This document shows, piece by piece, positions 12,201-25,227 of a DNA stretch of 64,000 nt. The notes under the pieces were generated by a model. The model was not told where the DNA came from. It was given only the letters and a program-made list of their open reading frames with translations, and did no database searches. The translations under genes were made by a program, and so were the position numbers. The stretch's first letter is position 1, and the number at the start of each line of letters is the position of its first letter. Source of the DNA: Pristiophorus japonicus (lineage: Eukaryota). The DNA lies in assembly GCF_044704955.1 (NCBI RefSeq), contig NC_091981.1, positions 101,308,001 to 101,372,000 on the forward strand. The letters are read 5' to 3'.

Positions 12201-14149
12201 CTTAAATGCTGAGTTGGCCCCAAACGTGCAGGGACAAGTAGGTTCCTCAAGTAACAAGCAGATAACCCGTCCCAGTAGGCACACATCTAAAATGCCCACC
12301 CACTGAAAGTCGCTCGCCCTCAGTCTGCTTTAAAAAGTGCCTGGACCTCTTCTACTATTCAGCAAGCTACTACACCTGGTTTCACTCAGCACACCAGCCT
12401 GTTTACATCCTGGAAGCCCCTGCCCCATCTCCTATGCTGCTGGTGCTTAGCAAAGGTTCTGTCCATGATAATACCCTCCATTCTGAAAAACTTTTAATTT
12501 TGAGATCTATCAAAAATATTAAGCTTTTTTTTTTAAAACTAGTAATTCCCTGTTAAACCATAGTAAGGAGTCAGTAATTTACAATGGGTGTCAATCTAGC
12601 AAGAAATTATTTTTCGAACTGAGCCCAGTCTGTACCTATTCACAGCAATTTTGATACACAGCTTTACTTTAGCAGAATAATACAATGTCCATTGCATGTT
12701 TAAATTTTAATGTTTGGTTTAGCTGAACTCTGGATTTCAGAGTAATATTTCAAAAGCTATCTGCATGACTGACTATATTTATCTCCTTTTATGCAATGAC
12801 GTTATCTTAATTCCCCTTTTAGGCTGTGAGGATACTACCTTGTTTTCTGCTATCTACAATGTAAATATCTTACCATTATAGCCAATTAGGTTGCCCGTTT
12901 CTCATATTCGGATGTTAACTTAATTTATATTTATTTAGTAGTACATTCCCATCAAGCCATGGTTTTAACAAAGGTTTAAATTAGGTTACTTCCAACAGTT
13001 AGGAACTTTGACCTACCTGTCCACTTTTATGTCTTGACCTGATGTTTCTGACTCAAGCTCAGGGTAGTTTCATCAGTGATAGCATTCTTTCATTGTACAA
13101 CTATGCACCATCATGCTTAGAATATAAAGGGAATGCTGTGTCCGAGTCGACTAGAGGCATTCCATGCCACCTTACAAAGCTGGAAATAGGTAGCAAGATC
13201 CTCTGGAGATCAGAACATTGACCACAAATCTGCCTACCATTCTGGCTTAGCAATTCATCTGGTACTGCTCCAGTTGAGGAACCAAGTTACTAATCAGTCT
13301 GGTTATTTTATGAGCATCAGTGTAAACTCTGACATTGCCTGTAGCATGTTTGCATGTGCGCAACAGTGTTAATCTACTTAAAAACTGACACTAGATCCAG
13401 GCAAAGTAGCACTGACAAGCTGCAATAGTTTCACCCAGTTTCTTAAAAAAAAGCATAATGACTAGGTGCAACCCAAATGGAATACACAATAGTTCAGTTC
13501 ATCTTGCTTAATTTCGCAGATGGGTTTCTTTTCCTCCAACAGCATGAGGTTTTATTCATTGCCTGCATCAATAAACCCAGATAGTAGATTCTTTAATTAA
13601 CATTTCCAAATAAAGTGTGATGACAAATAAAGATACACATTTATTGATGTACTGTACTGAATCTTAAATTTTTTTAACTTAATAAAGCAAAAAACAAAGA
13701 AAGCCAAATGTTCATAGTATCAAGGGAGAAATTGGACAGACAACTTAATTATGGAAATATGTACACCAAAGGAAGTGATCAAACAGAAACTGACAAAATA
13801 ATTTGCAACAGGTGGTTTGTCATATCAATCTCTGAATACATGTGTAGAGTTAGAAGTGGCCTATATAAACCACCATTGTCCTTTGGGCACTTCAGCAAAC
13901 CGCATCCATCATATACTTAATTTTCTTACAGTTCTCACGATTTCCACATCCAACCTGAGACCTTCAGTTGTTGAGATTACACATTTGAGAAAGATTGTAG
14001 CAATAGAATCTAAAATTCAATCTACAAAAATGTTTCTTTACACCCCTCAATTAATTGACGTTCTACCTGGGTTCACATGCAGCACATCCCACTTTTGAAA
14101 AGGAACAGAAGTACCTGTATAGAGGTTTGGAAGAACTGTGATTGTATAT

Positions 14150-14348
14150 ACATAGTAAGCTGTGCATAAATCAAGCGCAGACAGCGGAGGGAGCGTGCGG
14201 CAAATCAGGCTCCTCACCCACCCTTTCTTTCAACCACTGTCTGCCCCACCTGAGACTGTAATTCCCACATTGGACTGTAGTCACTTGAGAACTCGCTTTT
14301 AAAATGGAAGCAAGTCTTCCTCGATTCCGAGGAACTGCCTATGATGAT
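14150..14348 (+). mobile_element. RTE-clade LINE 3' end
   Basis: KRRQRRERAANQ...TTVCPT*DCNSHIGL*SHLRT resembles the RTE C-terminal Cys/His motif; (GAT)n tail. Confidence 0.75.
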
Positions 14349-14437
14349 AAATTGCAGACCAATAGCATCCAATTAGTTCTTAAATGATTCCAAGGCTTTT
14401 GTCTCCACCACTCTGTCTAGAAGTCCATTCCATGTAT

Positions 14438-15103
14438 CAGTAGTTCTCAAACTTCTTTGAAGGACCCCTTTTAAGATCAGTAAGTAATCACGGACCCCTT
14501 TTAAAATTGATTAGTAATCACAGAAAATACTATATAATACTCAATATGAAAGTGCTGTATGTAGTGTTTTAATAATGCTTTTAAGGAAACAGGTATTTAT
14601 TTACATATATCAGTGAGATGGGTGTGTCTGCTTCTCACCAATTCTGGGTACTCCACAGCAACAGGTGGCCACGATTAGCCACTTAGTTCTGGACAATTTT
14701 TAAAGCAGTCAGCAGGCTAGCCAAGGTGAGTAAGGGCACGAACACCCATGCACATGTTGGGATGCTGCTGGAAGCATGACTCACCTGCCATACTGTCCCA
14801 CTGGCATGTTCTGTAACAGCTGCACTGTGGGATTGTACGTGTTTGCGTGAATACGTCTAGGCACGTGTTTGAAGGGCCCTGCTCTGATGACGTTGGGAGG
14901 ACGGCACAGGGTCACGGCACCAGGAAGAGGAATCGGCTCGACTAGCAAGGAATGTCATTGCAAAGTGAGAACTGTAGGCCTGTGAGGAGGTGGGCTCAGC
15001 TGTTGAGAATAATTCATAAGAACTGAATCGTAGTCAGCTTTAGATAAGAGTAGGAGGCTTCAAATTACCTCCGGCCACAGACCCCTCAGTTTGAGAAACA
15101 CTG
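14438..15103. mobile_element. hAT (Charlie-like) non-autonomous element
   Basis: TIRs cagtagttctcaaact / agtttgagaaacactg and 8-bp TSD ccatgtat / ccatatat; inserted in an old CR1 fragment. Confidence 0.85.
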
Positions 15104-17592
15104 CCATATATCGATGAACTTCCTGATCTTAGTTCTAAATTTGCCGTTTGAATCTGTGGTCCCTTATTGTGCTCTTGCAACAGGTAATTTTCCACAATTA
15201 CTTTCCCCATGTAATTTATTACTGTTTGCCATTTCCATCCATTCACAGGACTTCCATAGATGACCATTAGTGGTAGTAACAGGTGATAAACTCGAAGGAT
15301 AGCAGTGTAGTGAGTGAAGTGCCACATCCCTCCTGCCTTATCACTAAATTAAGTAAATTGGAGTGTCTGATCAAAACTACCTTTAAAAACCTGTCACTGA
15401 ATTGAAAGCTATCAATTTATGGAATTCAGCATCTTTGTCAGTAACAGCCACGATCCATTGAATTCCATATCAGCTCCTGGAAAGGGAGAAAAAAATTATC
15501 ACAATCCAAATGTAAGTTCCACATTTCACAGAAATGAATAGTGAAGAGAATAAGCTATTTCAAATTATCAATAGATTATAATGGACTTTTCTATGGTGCA
15601 GATTCACAAATAAAAGTCCTCCTCAAATGATCATTCTCCATATGCAAGACTTAGATAGCAGGCACTCGTGGGGTATTTGACCAGAGACCCAATCTGGCCC
15701 GATTCTCTCCGAATCCAACATCCACTAGAAGAACATTTCCAACAGCGATCATTGGTTAAAAAAGAGAGAACAAAAACCTCAGTCAACGGATGCTTAGATC
15801 AACTGGTGGATCACCACCATCACTACTCCAGCTGGGATCAGCAAAAACTAGTCTTAACCAAGATCTCTTTGGCCCATACAGCTCAGCATTCCATTACAGT
15901 GAACTTACCCAGTGAAGCTTTGGAAAAACTTTTGTAAATTCATACAATCTGGAGATGCTTTTCTAGACACTTTTTCAATTGCACTTAAACCCCCAAGCTT
16001 AATTCCAGAAATAATCCCAAAACAGCATTAACTTTGTTACAGAATTGAAATTCAACGTCTAAATATTTTCTATATTTTTTCCAAAAAAGTTAGTGTTGAT
16101 CATATTTTGGCCAATTTTCTCCCCTATTCCCCTGAAATGAGTCAGAGAAAGTTTCCACGGCTATCAAGTACCCTCAAGTACTGTATTTTAAGTTATCTCT
16201 CTTCATATTTCAATCTAACAGTGAGTGCTGGAAAGTTCTGGGGTAAAGGTGGGGATGGGGGGCGGGGAGAAGGAAGAGAAGATAGGCAGAAAAGAGCACG
16301 ATTACAACTTTGTCCGATATTATCCATACCCACAATCCATACATGTACATTATACAGCTTGACTCCAATGCCAATTCCATTATATAAATGTAAGTCACTG
16401 TTCCTGAAACCACCCACCAATGCTCAAGATGAGATTATCAAACTTTTGCTCCACATGGCTTTGTAGTATAAGGAATGGAACCTATATTAAACAGGAATAA
16501 TTCCAGTCAAGGGGTCAATACAAAGTTTCATAGCGACTTATTGTCCTCTTCAACCACAAAAATGTTGCTAGTAAGTTCTAGCTTCCTACAATTTGCCACA
16601 AGCGAGTCCATTTGCCAGCTCAGGTTGTCCCCGTATATTTTTATTTTTAAATGCATGCATGCTATATTTGGTAAGTTTTTAAACTTTCTACTAATTAAAT
16701 CAATCTACTGATTATGAATACCAGCATATAATGCCCCCCAAAATCGGGAACATAGAAGACTGGCATTTCCCAACAGGAATAGCAGGGAAGGAAGCAAAAA
16801 GAATAGGCCACCCATCCCTCAAAGACATTAGACAAATTCAGTTCTGATTACTTGACGTTTGCTTGAGGAAGTGTTTCCATGACCCGAAGTCAAGTGGAAA
16901 TGTAAAAAAAACTGTGAATCTTAATTCAAAGATATAGCACATTTGCCAGCAAAAATAATAAACTTGGCTGTATGTTTATCTGATCTGGATGTTTCTTTTG
17001 ATTGAGTTAGGGTACTGACCCTCTTTCTTCACAACTCATCTCCCTTATTTTCCGAAATGTTTGCATTTTATTAAATCACAAGCACATTCCGCATTTAATA
17101 TTAATTTTAAATAGTTGCACATTGTTAAAGGCACATACGGCAAAGAATATAACTAGCACCAGCCAGATTCTAGGAGCGAATCTATTGCTGAAAGACATCT
17201 GGATGTTAATGCTCAGCTATTTTATCAATGATGTGAAATATTTTGTCTGTTTGGGACACTGGGTTGATTTACCAGAAAATCAGGATTCTGAAAATTTATC
17301 GTTAAAAAAAATTGGCTCAAGTAAGCTTCACTATACTAAGTCAAGTTTTAAAATAAGTTACATTTTCATTATACAAAGTTCTTCCCATGTGCTAAAAGAA
17401 AATAGCATTTTAACAAGGTTAGTGATACTCCAACACTAACTTGGCTTCTAGATCAGCAAGCATTGAATAGATTCTCTTAATTCTGACATGCCAAACCCCT
17501 TCAGTGCAATTTAATTATTCAAAATAATTCACGGTTCACTCTGAATGTTGCATTCAAATCAACGCTTATTGCTCAAGGTTCTGTACACTTAC

Positions 17593-17802
17593 CTACTTCA
17601 GTAGATAACAAAACTGATCATGTGGCTTTATAGCCAAGCTCACTGCCCTCACCACTGTGATTTCAGTTTCAGTGCAGCTCAGACCAGTTGATAGAGGTCA
17701 GACGCTGGCTGAGGATGGTTCTGATCACATGTGGAATGAAGTCTGGCAGCTCTCAGTTTAAGATCCAGTGGACAATCAACACCCACCTTCAGATACTATA
17801 AC
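17593..17802 (-). other. HNRNPA2B1: Non-coding 3'UTR exon (candidate NMD-isoform exon B, 210 nt)
   Basis: Acceptor ttttctgtgctatttaag|G and strong donor GAAGTAG|gtaagt. Confidence 0.6.
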
Positions 17803-18028
17803 CTTAAATAGCACAGAAAAGGTATTAGTTAAGCAAAAGAAACCGTAAGTTTTAAATTTTGCACAAAAAGGACTTGGTGTAGATATAAATTCCTACGAAC
17901 AAAATATATGGAGCTATGGAACGAATTGAAAATATAAAACAAACATGATCTAATAGTTTGCTATGAGCTATTATCATATTGACCACCTCTTCACTTCTGT
18001 AAAATAAGACAATTAAAGAATATCTTAC

Positions 18029-18450
18029 CTACATGAAGTTTAACTGATGCTTAGCTCTATTCTGCTCTATAAGACACATCTGTTTTCGTTGGCCTCCTCT
18101 TTAAATTTACTGCAGTTAAAGCTTTTGTTGCATGAATACCGCCCACTGTTACAAGAGTGCTCGCTGAAATTAGGCTTCTTTGTCCAGACTTCTTGTGCTA
18201 GACCTGTTTTCTTGAAAGTGTAAACCACTTGCTGTTTAACGCCGGATCATGCCTTTCCTGGCCGATGAAGTAGCTGCTGTATCTACAAGATCTAAGGATC
18301 TCTCCTTCTTGCAGAAACCACTCAGTTCTAGCAGTTTTTAATTCTGAGGACTTGAAGATTCGTCTCTGCACCTTTCGTCTGATTAGCAGTCCTTGCATTT
18401 CCCTGGCTGTGTCAAAGACTGAACATTTTACCCACCCATAACAAATCTAC
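18029..18450 (-). other. HNRNPA2B1: Non-coding 3'UTR exon (candidate NMD-isoform exon A, 422 nt)
   Basis: Acceptor gttttcttag|G and donor CATGTAG|gtaaga; not repetitive. Confidence 0.65.
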
Positions 18451-18474
18451 CTAAGAAAACAATTACACACCCCC

Positions 18475-18970
18475 TTTTCTTTTTTGGGGGGATTTTATTA
18501 AAGTTACTGGGACATACAACATTTTCCAAACTCTACACACTGCAAATATTTAACATAGGCTGAATATTACAACTCCATGATCATGGTTCTTATAGCTCTC
18601 ATAAAATTCTCAGTGCATCTAGGAATATTTAAATGTCAAAAAAAATCCCCTCAAACTCATAACAATTCCACATTGTAACTTATGTAGAACACTACAAAGA
18701 TACTACAGCAAAGAAAATTTTAAAAGCTAGAAATCTGTCTCCAAGGCATCTTTTACAGTCCTTTCTCCACATCAAGAGTCCGCTCAATTAAACAATCCCA
18801 AGAATTGACAAAATGGTTTTCTCTGCCTGTGCTCTGGAGTCTTCCGTCATCTCACTGCCTTTTTATGTTCCGCTGAGATAAATTTTTTCCTTAAAATTTT
18901 GCTGAGAGAATAACCTGCAGCTGTCCTGTAAACTCTGGGCTCTCATCCTCCCCTATTTATATAGTGATGC
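18475..18970 (-). other. HNRNPA2B1: HNRNPA2B1 main 3'UTR exon
   Basis: Acceptor gtaacag|GCATCACTATATAAATAGGGGAGGATGAGAGCCCAGAG resembles the recalled start of the human last exon. AATAAA at 18494-18499; the 3' end is approximate. Confidence 0.85.
18494..18499 (-). terminator. Proximal polyadenylation signal AATAAA of HNRNPA2B1
   Basis: TTTAATAAAAT on the minus strand, followed by a GU/U-rich stretch (gtgtgtaattgttttc). Confidence 0.75.
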
Positions 18971-19409
18971 CTGTTACAATAAAATAGAGGTAAACAGTAA
19001 GCAGCAGTTAATCATAAAAATCCAATGTTACTATCCATTTAAAACTGAAATGGTACAAAGCCCTCAAGAAGTGGTATGTTGAATGAACCTTGTTTTCCAG
19101 AACTAAGTTAGTTAAAATAAATTGTGGCTACATTATTCCTCCCCACACAACTTGCTACAATTATGAATAGTTTTGCATATCTAACTGGGGCAAGGATATA
19201 AAGGAAATGCATCTTTAAAAGATGTGAAATCCATTATTACTTGAAAGCTTCTGAGGTTCTAAGGATTCAAACATTACTAGCATCCGCAATATTTTGCTTT
19301 TGTATTAGAAGTAATTTTAAATTTTTGCTACTGGTACTATAAACAACAGTAACACATTCAGTAACAGGAATGTATCACAGACTTACCCTTGGAACGGGTT
19401 GTTACTGAA

Positions 19410-19462
19410 TTAGTATCTGTTACGGCCACCAAATCCACCACCGCCTCCACCACCGTAGTTTC
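19410..19462 (-). CDS. HNRNPA2B1: hnRNP A2/B1 last coding exon (exon continues to donor at 19387)
   Basis: ctctag|GA AAC TAC...AAC AGA TAC TAA = GNYGGGGGGGFGGRNRY*, resembling the A2/B1 C-terminus GGRSRY. Donor AAGG|gtaagt lies 23 nt after the stop. The spliced CDS totals 975 nt with an open frame. Confidence 0.95.
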
Positions 19463-19509
19463 CTAGAGTCAAGATGATATAAAATTGCATTAATACAATT
19501 CCATTTTAG

Positions 19510-21639
19510 ATGACCAAAAAATTGATTAAAAGGGTAAAAAATGAGAAAACTAGCAAGAAATATAAAAATAGATTGTAAGAGCTTCTACAAGTATGAAAAA
19601 AGGAAGAGAGTAGCAAAAGTAAACGTTGGTCCCTTCGAGGCCGAGACAAGAGAAATTATTATAGAAAATAAGGAAATGGCAGAAACGGTAAAACAAATAT
19701 TTTGTATCTGTCTTCACAGTAGAAGACACAAAAAGCATACCTAAAATGGTGGGGAACCAAGAGTCGAATGAGGTTGAGGAACTTCTAGAATCCATTATTA
19801 AGGAAGTGGTATCAGGGCACTTAGAAAATCATAACTTGATTAGGCAAAGTCAACATGGCTTTATGAAAGGGAAATAGTGTTTGACAAATTTATGAGTTTT
19901 TTGAGGATGTAACTAGCAGGGTAGATGAAGGGGAACCAGTTGATGTAGTATATTTGGATTTCCAAAAGGCATTCAATAAGGTGCCACATAAAAGAGTATT
20001 ACACAAGATAAGGGCTCATGGGATCGGAGGTAATGTATGAGCATGGAGAGGACATGTTAACGGACAGAAAACAGAGAGAAGGGATAAACGGATCTTTTTC
20101 AGGTTGGCAGGCTGTAACTAGTGGGGTATCACAAGGATCAGTGCTGGGGCCCCAGTTATTTACAATCTATATTAATGACCTAGATGAAGGGACCGAGTGG
20201 AATGTATCCAAGTTTGCGGATGATACAAAGCAAAGTGGGACAGTAAGTTGTGAGGAGAACACAAAGGGATGGATTTTTGGCTTTCTCTGTTAAAATTACC
20301 GTTTTCGCTCCGTTACCGATTTAAGGCCTAACTTTTGGCATTTGGGGTTTGCGCAGCGCAAAAAGAGGCATTGCACTATTATTCGGGGCGCAAAAACGCG
20401 ATTCTCGCCAATTTTAGTACGGGGCCAGGAGGGCTGCGAGAGGGGCCTGGGGGGGGAGGGGAAATCCAGAAAACATTACCAAGACCCTTACCTAACAAAT
20501 CGCTGCAAAAAAACTTTAACTTATCTTTCTTTCAGGTTTTCCAACTTACTGCTGCTGGCAGCGCTGACTGCTAGGTTTTACCTGGTAGTTTTCGGGGCGC
20601 AGCGTACGAGTCGGGTGAGTGCCGAAACTCGGACGGTAGCGCAATCCGAGTCATTCCACCCCCTGTGCAGCTCTCCCCGGCAGTGCTTCCAAGCGCCGCT
20701 GCAAAAAAGGAACAGAGGATCATGACCGGGTTTCCGCCGGGAAGGGTCAAAACGCTGCAAAAACCCGGTCGCAAACCACCCGAAAAGAGTCTGCAAAGGG
20801 ATAGAGATAGACTAAGTGAGTGGGCAATAAGGTGGCAGATGGAATATAATGTAGGGAAATGTAAGATTATTCACTTTGGTAGAAACACAGTATTTTTTTA
20901 AATGGAGAGAAACTTTTAAATGTTGGTGCTGAGAGATTCGAGTGTCCTCGTGCAGGAAACACAAAGTTAGTAAACAGGTACAGCAAGCAATAAGGAATGC
21001 AATTGGCATGTTGGCCTTCAAAGGGGCTGGAATACAAGAGTAAGGAAGTCTTGCTACAATTGTACAGGGACTTGGTGAGACCACACCTGGAGTATTATGC
21101 AGTTTTGGTCTCATTATAGGAAGGATATACTTGCCTTTGAGGCAATGCAACAAAGGTTCACTGGATTGATTCCTGGGATGAAAGGGCTGTCTTATGATGA
21201 GAGATTGTGCAGAATGGGCCGATATTCTCTGGAGTTTAGAAAAATGAGAGAGGGGTGACCTCATTGAAACATACAAGATTCTGAAGGGCATTTACAAGGT
21301 AGATGCCAAAAGGTTGTTTCCCCTGGCTGGAGTGTCTAGAGCTAGGGGGCACAGTCTTAGGATAAGGGGTAGGCTATTTAAGACAGATGAGGAGGAATTT
21401 CTTCACTCAGAGGGTTGTGAATCTTTGGAATTCTCTGCCCCAGAGGGCTGTGGATGCTGAGTCTCTGAGTATATTCAGGGCTGAGATATATAGATTTTTG
21501 GAGTCTCGGGGAATCAAGAGATACGGAGAATGGACGGGAAAATGGAGTTGTGGTCATTGATCAGCCATGATCTTATTGAATGGCGGAGCAGGCTCGAGGG
21601 GCCGTATGGCCTACTCATGCTCCTACTATGTTCTTATGT
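19510..21639 (+). mobile_element. CR1 ORF2 fragment and 3' end in HNRNPA2B1 intron 9
   Basis: [24 protein letters not shown]...SKFADDTK; tail ctatgttcttatg. Confidence 0.92.
20266..20782. mobile_element. GC/CpG-rich MITE-like insertion within CR1
   Basis: The CR1 sequence gaggagaacacaaa|gagtctgcaaaggg is split by about 517 bp with GGG...CCC ends. Confidence 0.7.
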
Positions 21640-21774
21640 AAAAATCGCTTAATTTTGGTACCATATTCTTCACACTCTTCCTTTGGATTTATTCCGTCTC
21701 ACGTCAGAATTCAGGCCCATCATCCAATGCAGAAAATCCATTGCGATTTTGATCACTCCGGCTTTACAAAAGCC

Positions 21775-23866
21775 ATGTGATAACGTTAAGAGGAAGAAAG
21801 TACCTGGAGGACAAATTTCAGAAATTCTACCTGGAAGAAGCACTGAGGGTAGTAACAGCACAGAACGCACTCTGGGTAGGAGACTTCAATGTAGATCACC
21901 AAGAGTGCCTCGGTAGCACCTCTACTGACCAAGCTAGCCGAGTCCTAAAGGACATAGCTGCTGGACTGGGCCTACAGCATGTAGTGAGAGAACCAACACG
22001 AGGAAAAAACCTACTTGACCTCATCCTCACCAATTTACCCATCACAGATGCATCTGTCCATGACAGAATTGGTTGGAATGACCACTGCACAGTCCTTGTG
22101 GAGCCGAAGTCCCATCTTCACACGGAGGACACTATCCATCATGTTGTGTGGCACTACCACCGTGCCAAATTGGAATAGATTCCAAACAGATCAAGCAGCT
22201 GTAAAATGGGCATCCACGAGGCGCTGTGCCATCAGCAGCAGCAGAATTGTACTCCACCACAATCTGTAACCTTATTGCCTGGCATATCCATCACTCTGCC
22301 ATTACCATCAAGCCAGCAGACCAAGCCTGGTTCAATTAGGAGTGTAGAAGAACATGCCAGGAGCAACACCAGGCATACCTGAAAATGAGGTGCTAACTTG
22401 AAGCTACAACACAGGACTACATACATGTGAAACAACAGAAACAGCATGTTATAGAGAGAGAAGCAATTCCACAATCAAAGGATTAGATCAAAGCTCTGCA
22501 GTCCTGCCACATCCAGTCATGAATGGTGGTGGACAATTAAACAACTAATGGGAGCCTTCATTAACATCCCCATCCTCAATGAAGGCGGAGCCCAGCACGA
22601 GTGCAAAAGAAAAGGCTGAGGCATTCGCAACCATGTTCAGCCAGAAGTGCCAAGTGCATGATCTATTTCGGCCTCCTCCTGGAGGTACCCATCACAGAAT
22701 GCAATCTTCAGCCAATTTGATTCACTCCTTGTGATATCATAAAACATCTGACGCATTGGATACAGCAAAGGCTAATAGGCCCCGACAACATCCCAGCTGC
22801 TGTGGTGAAGACTTGTGCTCCAGAACTAGCCGTGCCTCTAGCCAAGTTGTTCCAGTACAGCAGCACTAGCATGTATCCGACAATGTGGAAAATCGTCCAG
22901 GTATGTCCTGTCCACAAAAATCAGCTGTCCAATCCAGCCAATTATCACCCCATCAGTCTACTCTCAATTATCAGCAAAGTGATGGAAGGTGTCATCAACA
23001 GTGCTATCAAGCGATACTTACTCACCCAATGCTTAGTTTAGGTTGCACCAGGACCACTTGTCTCCAGACCTCATTACAGCCTTGATCCAAACAGACAAAA
23101 GAACTGAATTCCAGAGGTGATTTGAGTGACTATATTTGACATCAAGGCAGCATTTGATCGAGTGTGGCATCAAGGAGCCCTACTAAAATTGAAGTCAATG
23201 TGAATCAAGGGAAAAATCTCCACTGGCTCATCATACCAAGCACAAAAGAAGATGGTTGTAGTTGTTGGAGGTTTATCATCTTAGCCCCAAGACAGTGCTG
23301 CAGGAGTTCAACAGGGAACTGTCCTCGGGCCAACCACCTTCAGGGGCTTCATCAATGACCTGCCCTCCATCATAAGCTCAAAAATGGGGATGTTCACTGA
23401 TGACTTCAGTGTTCAGTTCCATTTGCGACTTCTCAGAAAATGAAGCAAGACCGGGTTGACCATTTAGGCTTAGGCTGATAAGTGGCAAGTAACATTTGCA
23501 CCACATAAGTGCCGGGCAATGACCACCTCCAACAAGAGTCTAACCACCGCCCCTCGACATTCAACACCATTCCCATTGCTGAATGCTCCATCATTAACAT
23601 CCTGGGGGGGTCACCATTGTCGAGAAACTTAACTGGACCAGCCACATAAATACTGTGGCAACAAGAGCAGGTCAGAGGCTGGGTATTCTGCGGCGAGTGA
23701 CTCACCTCCTGATTCCCCGAAGCCTTTCCACCATCTACAAGGCACAAGTCAGGAGTGTGATGGAATACTCCCCACTTGCCTGCTGGAGTGCAGCTCCAAT
23801 AACACTCAAGAAGTTTGACGCCATCCATGACAAAGTAGCCCTCTTGATTGGCACCCTATCCACCAT
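21775..23866 (+). mobile_element. Second LINE family (CR1/Jockey group), endonuclease plus RT, degraded
   Basis: WVGDFNVDH...EPTRGKNLLDLILTN; KTCAPELAVPLAKLFQ; IYKAQVRSVMEYSPLA. Confidence 0.88.
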
Positions 23867-25227
23867 TCATGCGCAGATAAACACGGAAATTCTGATGTTA
23901 CGGTCAGTCATTCACTGCTCCACCACAGGCTGTACTATGGAACTCCCCCATAGCTGGCAATCAGTAAAATCACGAACTTACGAAAACTTCTCCTTTGCCA
24001 TTGTAATATTGCTGTTAATCAACATCCCATGAAAAGTTAAGCTATGTTAAAATGAAGTTTAGGACATTTCAGCTTTACCATAACCCCCATGTGTATGTCC
24101 TAATATTTATTTTGCTCTCTAAAAATTTTTTTTGAAAGTGAATGATAATCAGTGCTTTTTACTTCCTGGTTTACTGTGAGAGAATTCTTCAATGTGATTG
24201 ACTGTTTAGCTTGATGACATCACTGCTGCTAACACTGAAGATCTCCTTTTGACAGCACTACAATCAAATTAAGGTCGAGAAAGCTGAAGTTTTCGCCACA
24301 TAGATCATAAGATCTTTGTGGGCAGCTTTCTTTGCCGTTGACAGGCCTATATGACTAGTACAAGTGTAGATTACAATAAGCAAATTCAACACATCACTTA
24401 ATCCAACTACAAATTTGACTCTAGGGAGGCTGTTACCCTGGGTAGGGCATTTTCATTTACATTGCATAAGGAGGAAAAAGTACATGCATGCCTCTCAGGT
24501 AAAGTCATAAGCTGGTGTAGTACTCTATCAGAAAATCTGCACCAAATTCACTGATCGTGGTCAAGATGCGCATGGGCGAGTTTGGGTGGGGGTGGTGGGG
24601 TGGAGGGAGAGGAAAGAGAGGAGCGGTGAGCAGAGAAAAGAAAACCAACAGGGGTTTCCATGCCTGATGGCTATCCAGTGACTCCTACTGGTGAATAATG
24701 GATGAGGGCAGGATTGTCTCAGCTCTGATGTCCTTAGGAGTTCAACTGTCTGCCACTTATTGTTTACGATCAGTAAAGACACACTTGGCCAGCCCTCGTG
24801 AAACCATCAGTACTTTAAGACAGAAAAATGGACAGGAGTGAAAAAAGCCCCGCAAAAAAAATGAATCTCCCAAATTACATTTTTAAAATACAGCTCGAGA
24901 GAGCACAATAGAGATGAGCAGAGGCAATGTTTGCCTATGTAAAACGGTTAACAGTCCACAAAGGAGGTAAAGGGCAAGTTCCTCCAACCCAGTAAGTGGA
25001 GGCTGTTTCAGTAGGTCCATGTTTGAATCAAAGCAAAATTCATAAATGATTCGAGATTGGGGGTAAATGATGTTGCTGCTTTAGAATAGGAAGTTTTACC
25101 CTGTGTTTGCCTCAGAGCACTCAACCTAGATACTTAATGCCAAAAGTGGTCATAGAGGTTCTAATTTCCCAGCATGAACACCTTTTGCCCCAATCAAGCA
25201 AAAAAAATTAAAATAAAGTAAACTAAT

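Larger units (their letters stand above)
13620..15476 (-). other. HNRNPA2B1: Candidate distal terminal non-coding exon of HNRNPA2B1
   Basis: Strong acceptor tttttttctccctttccag|GAGCTG at 15476. AATAAA candidates at 13640-13645 and 13551-13556; the end is uncertain. Confidence 0.45.

Noticed and set aside
15909-15948. Possible extra 40-nt UTR exon (donor TGG|gtaagt)
   Set aside because: The acceptor is weak and there is no other support, so it is not listed as a feature.
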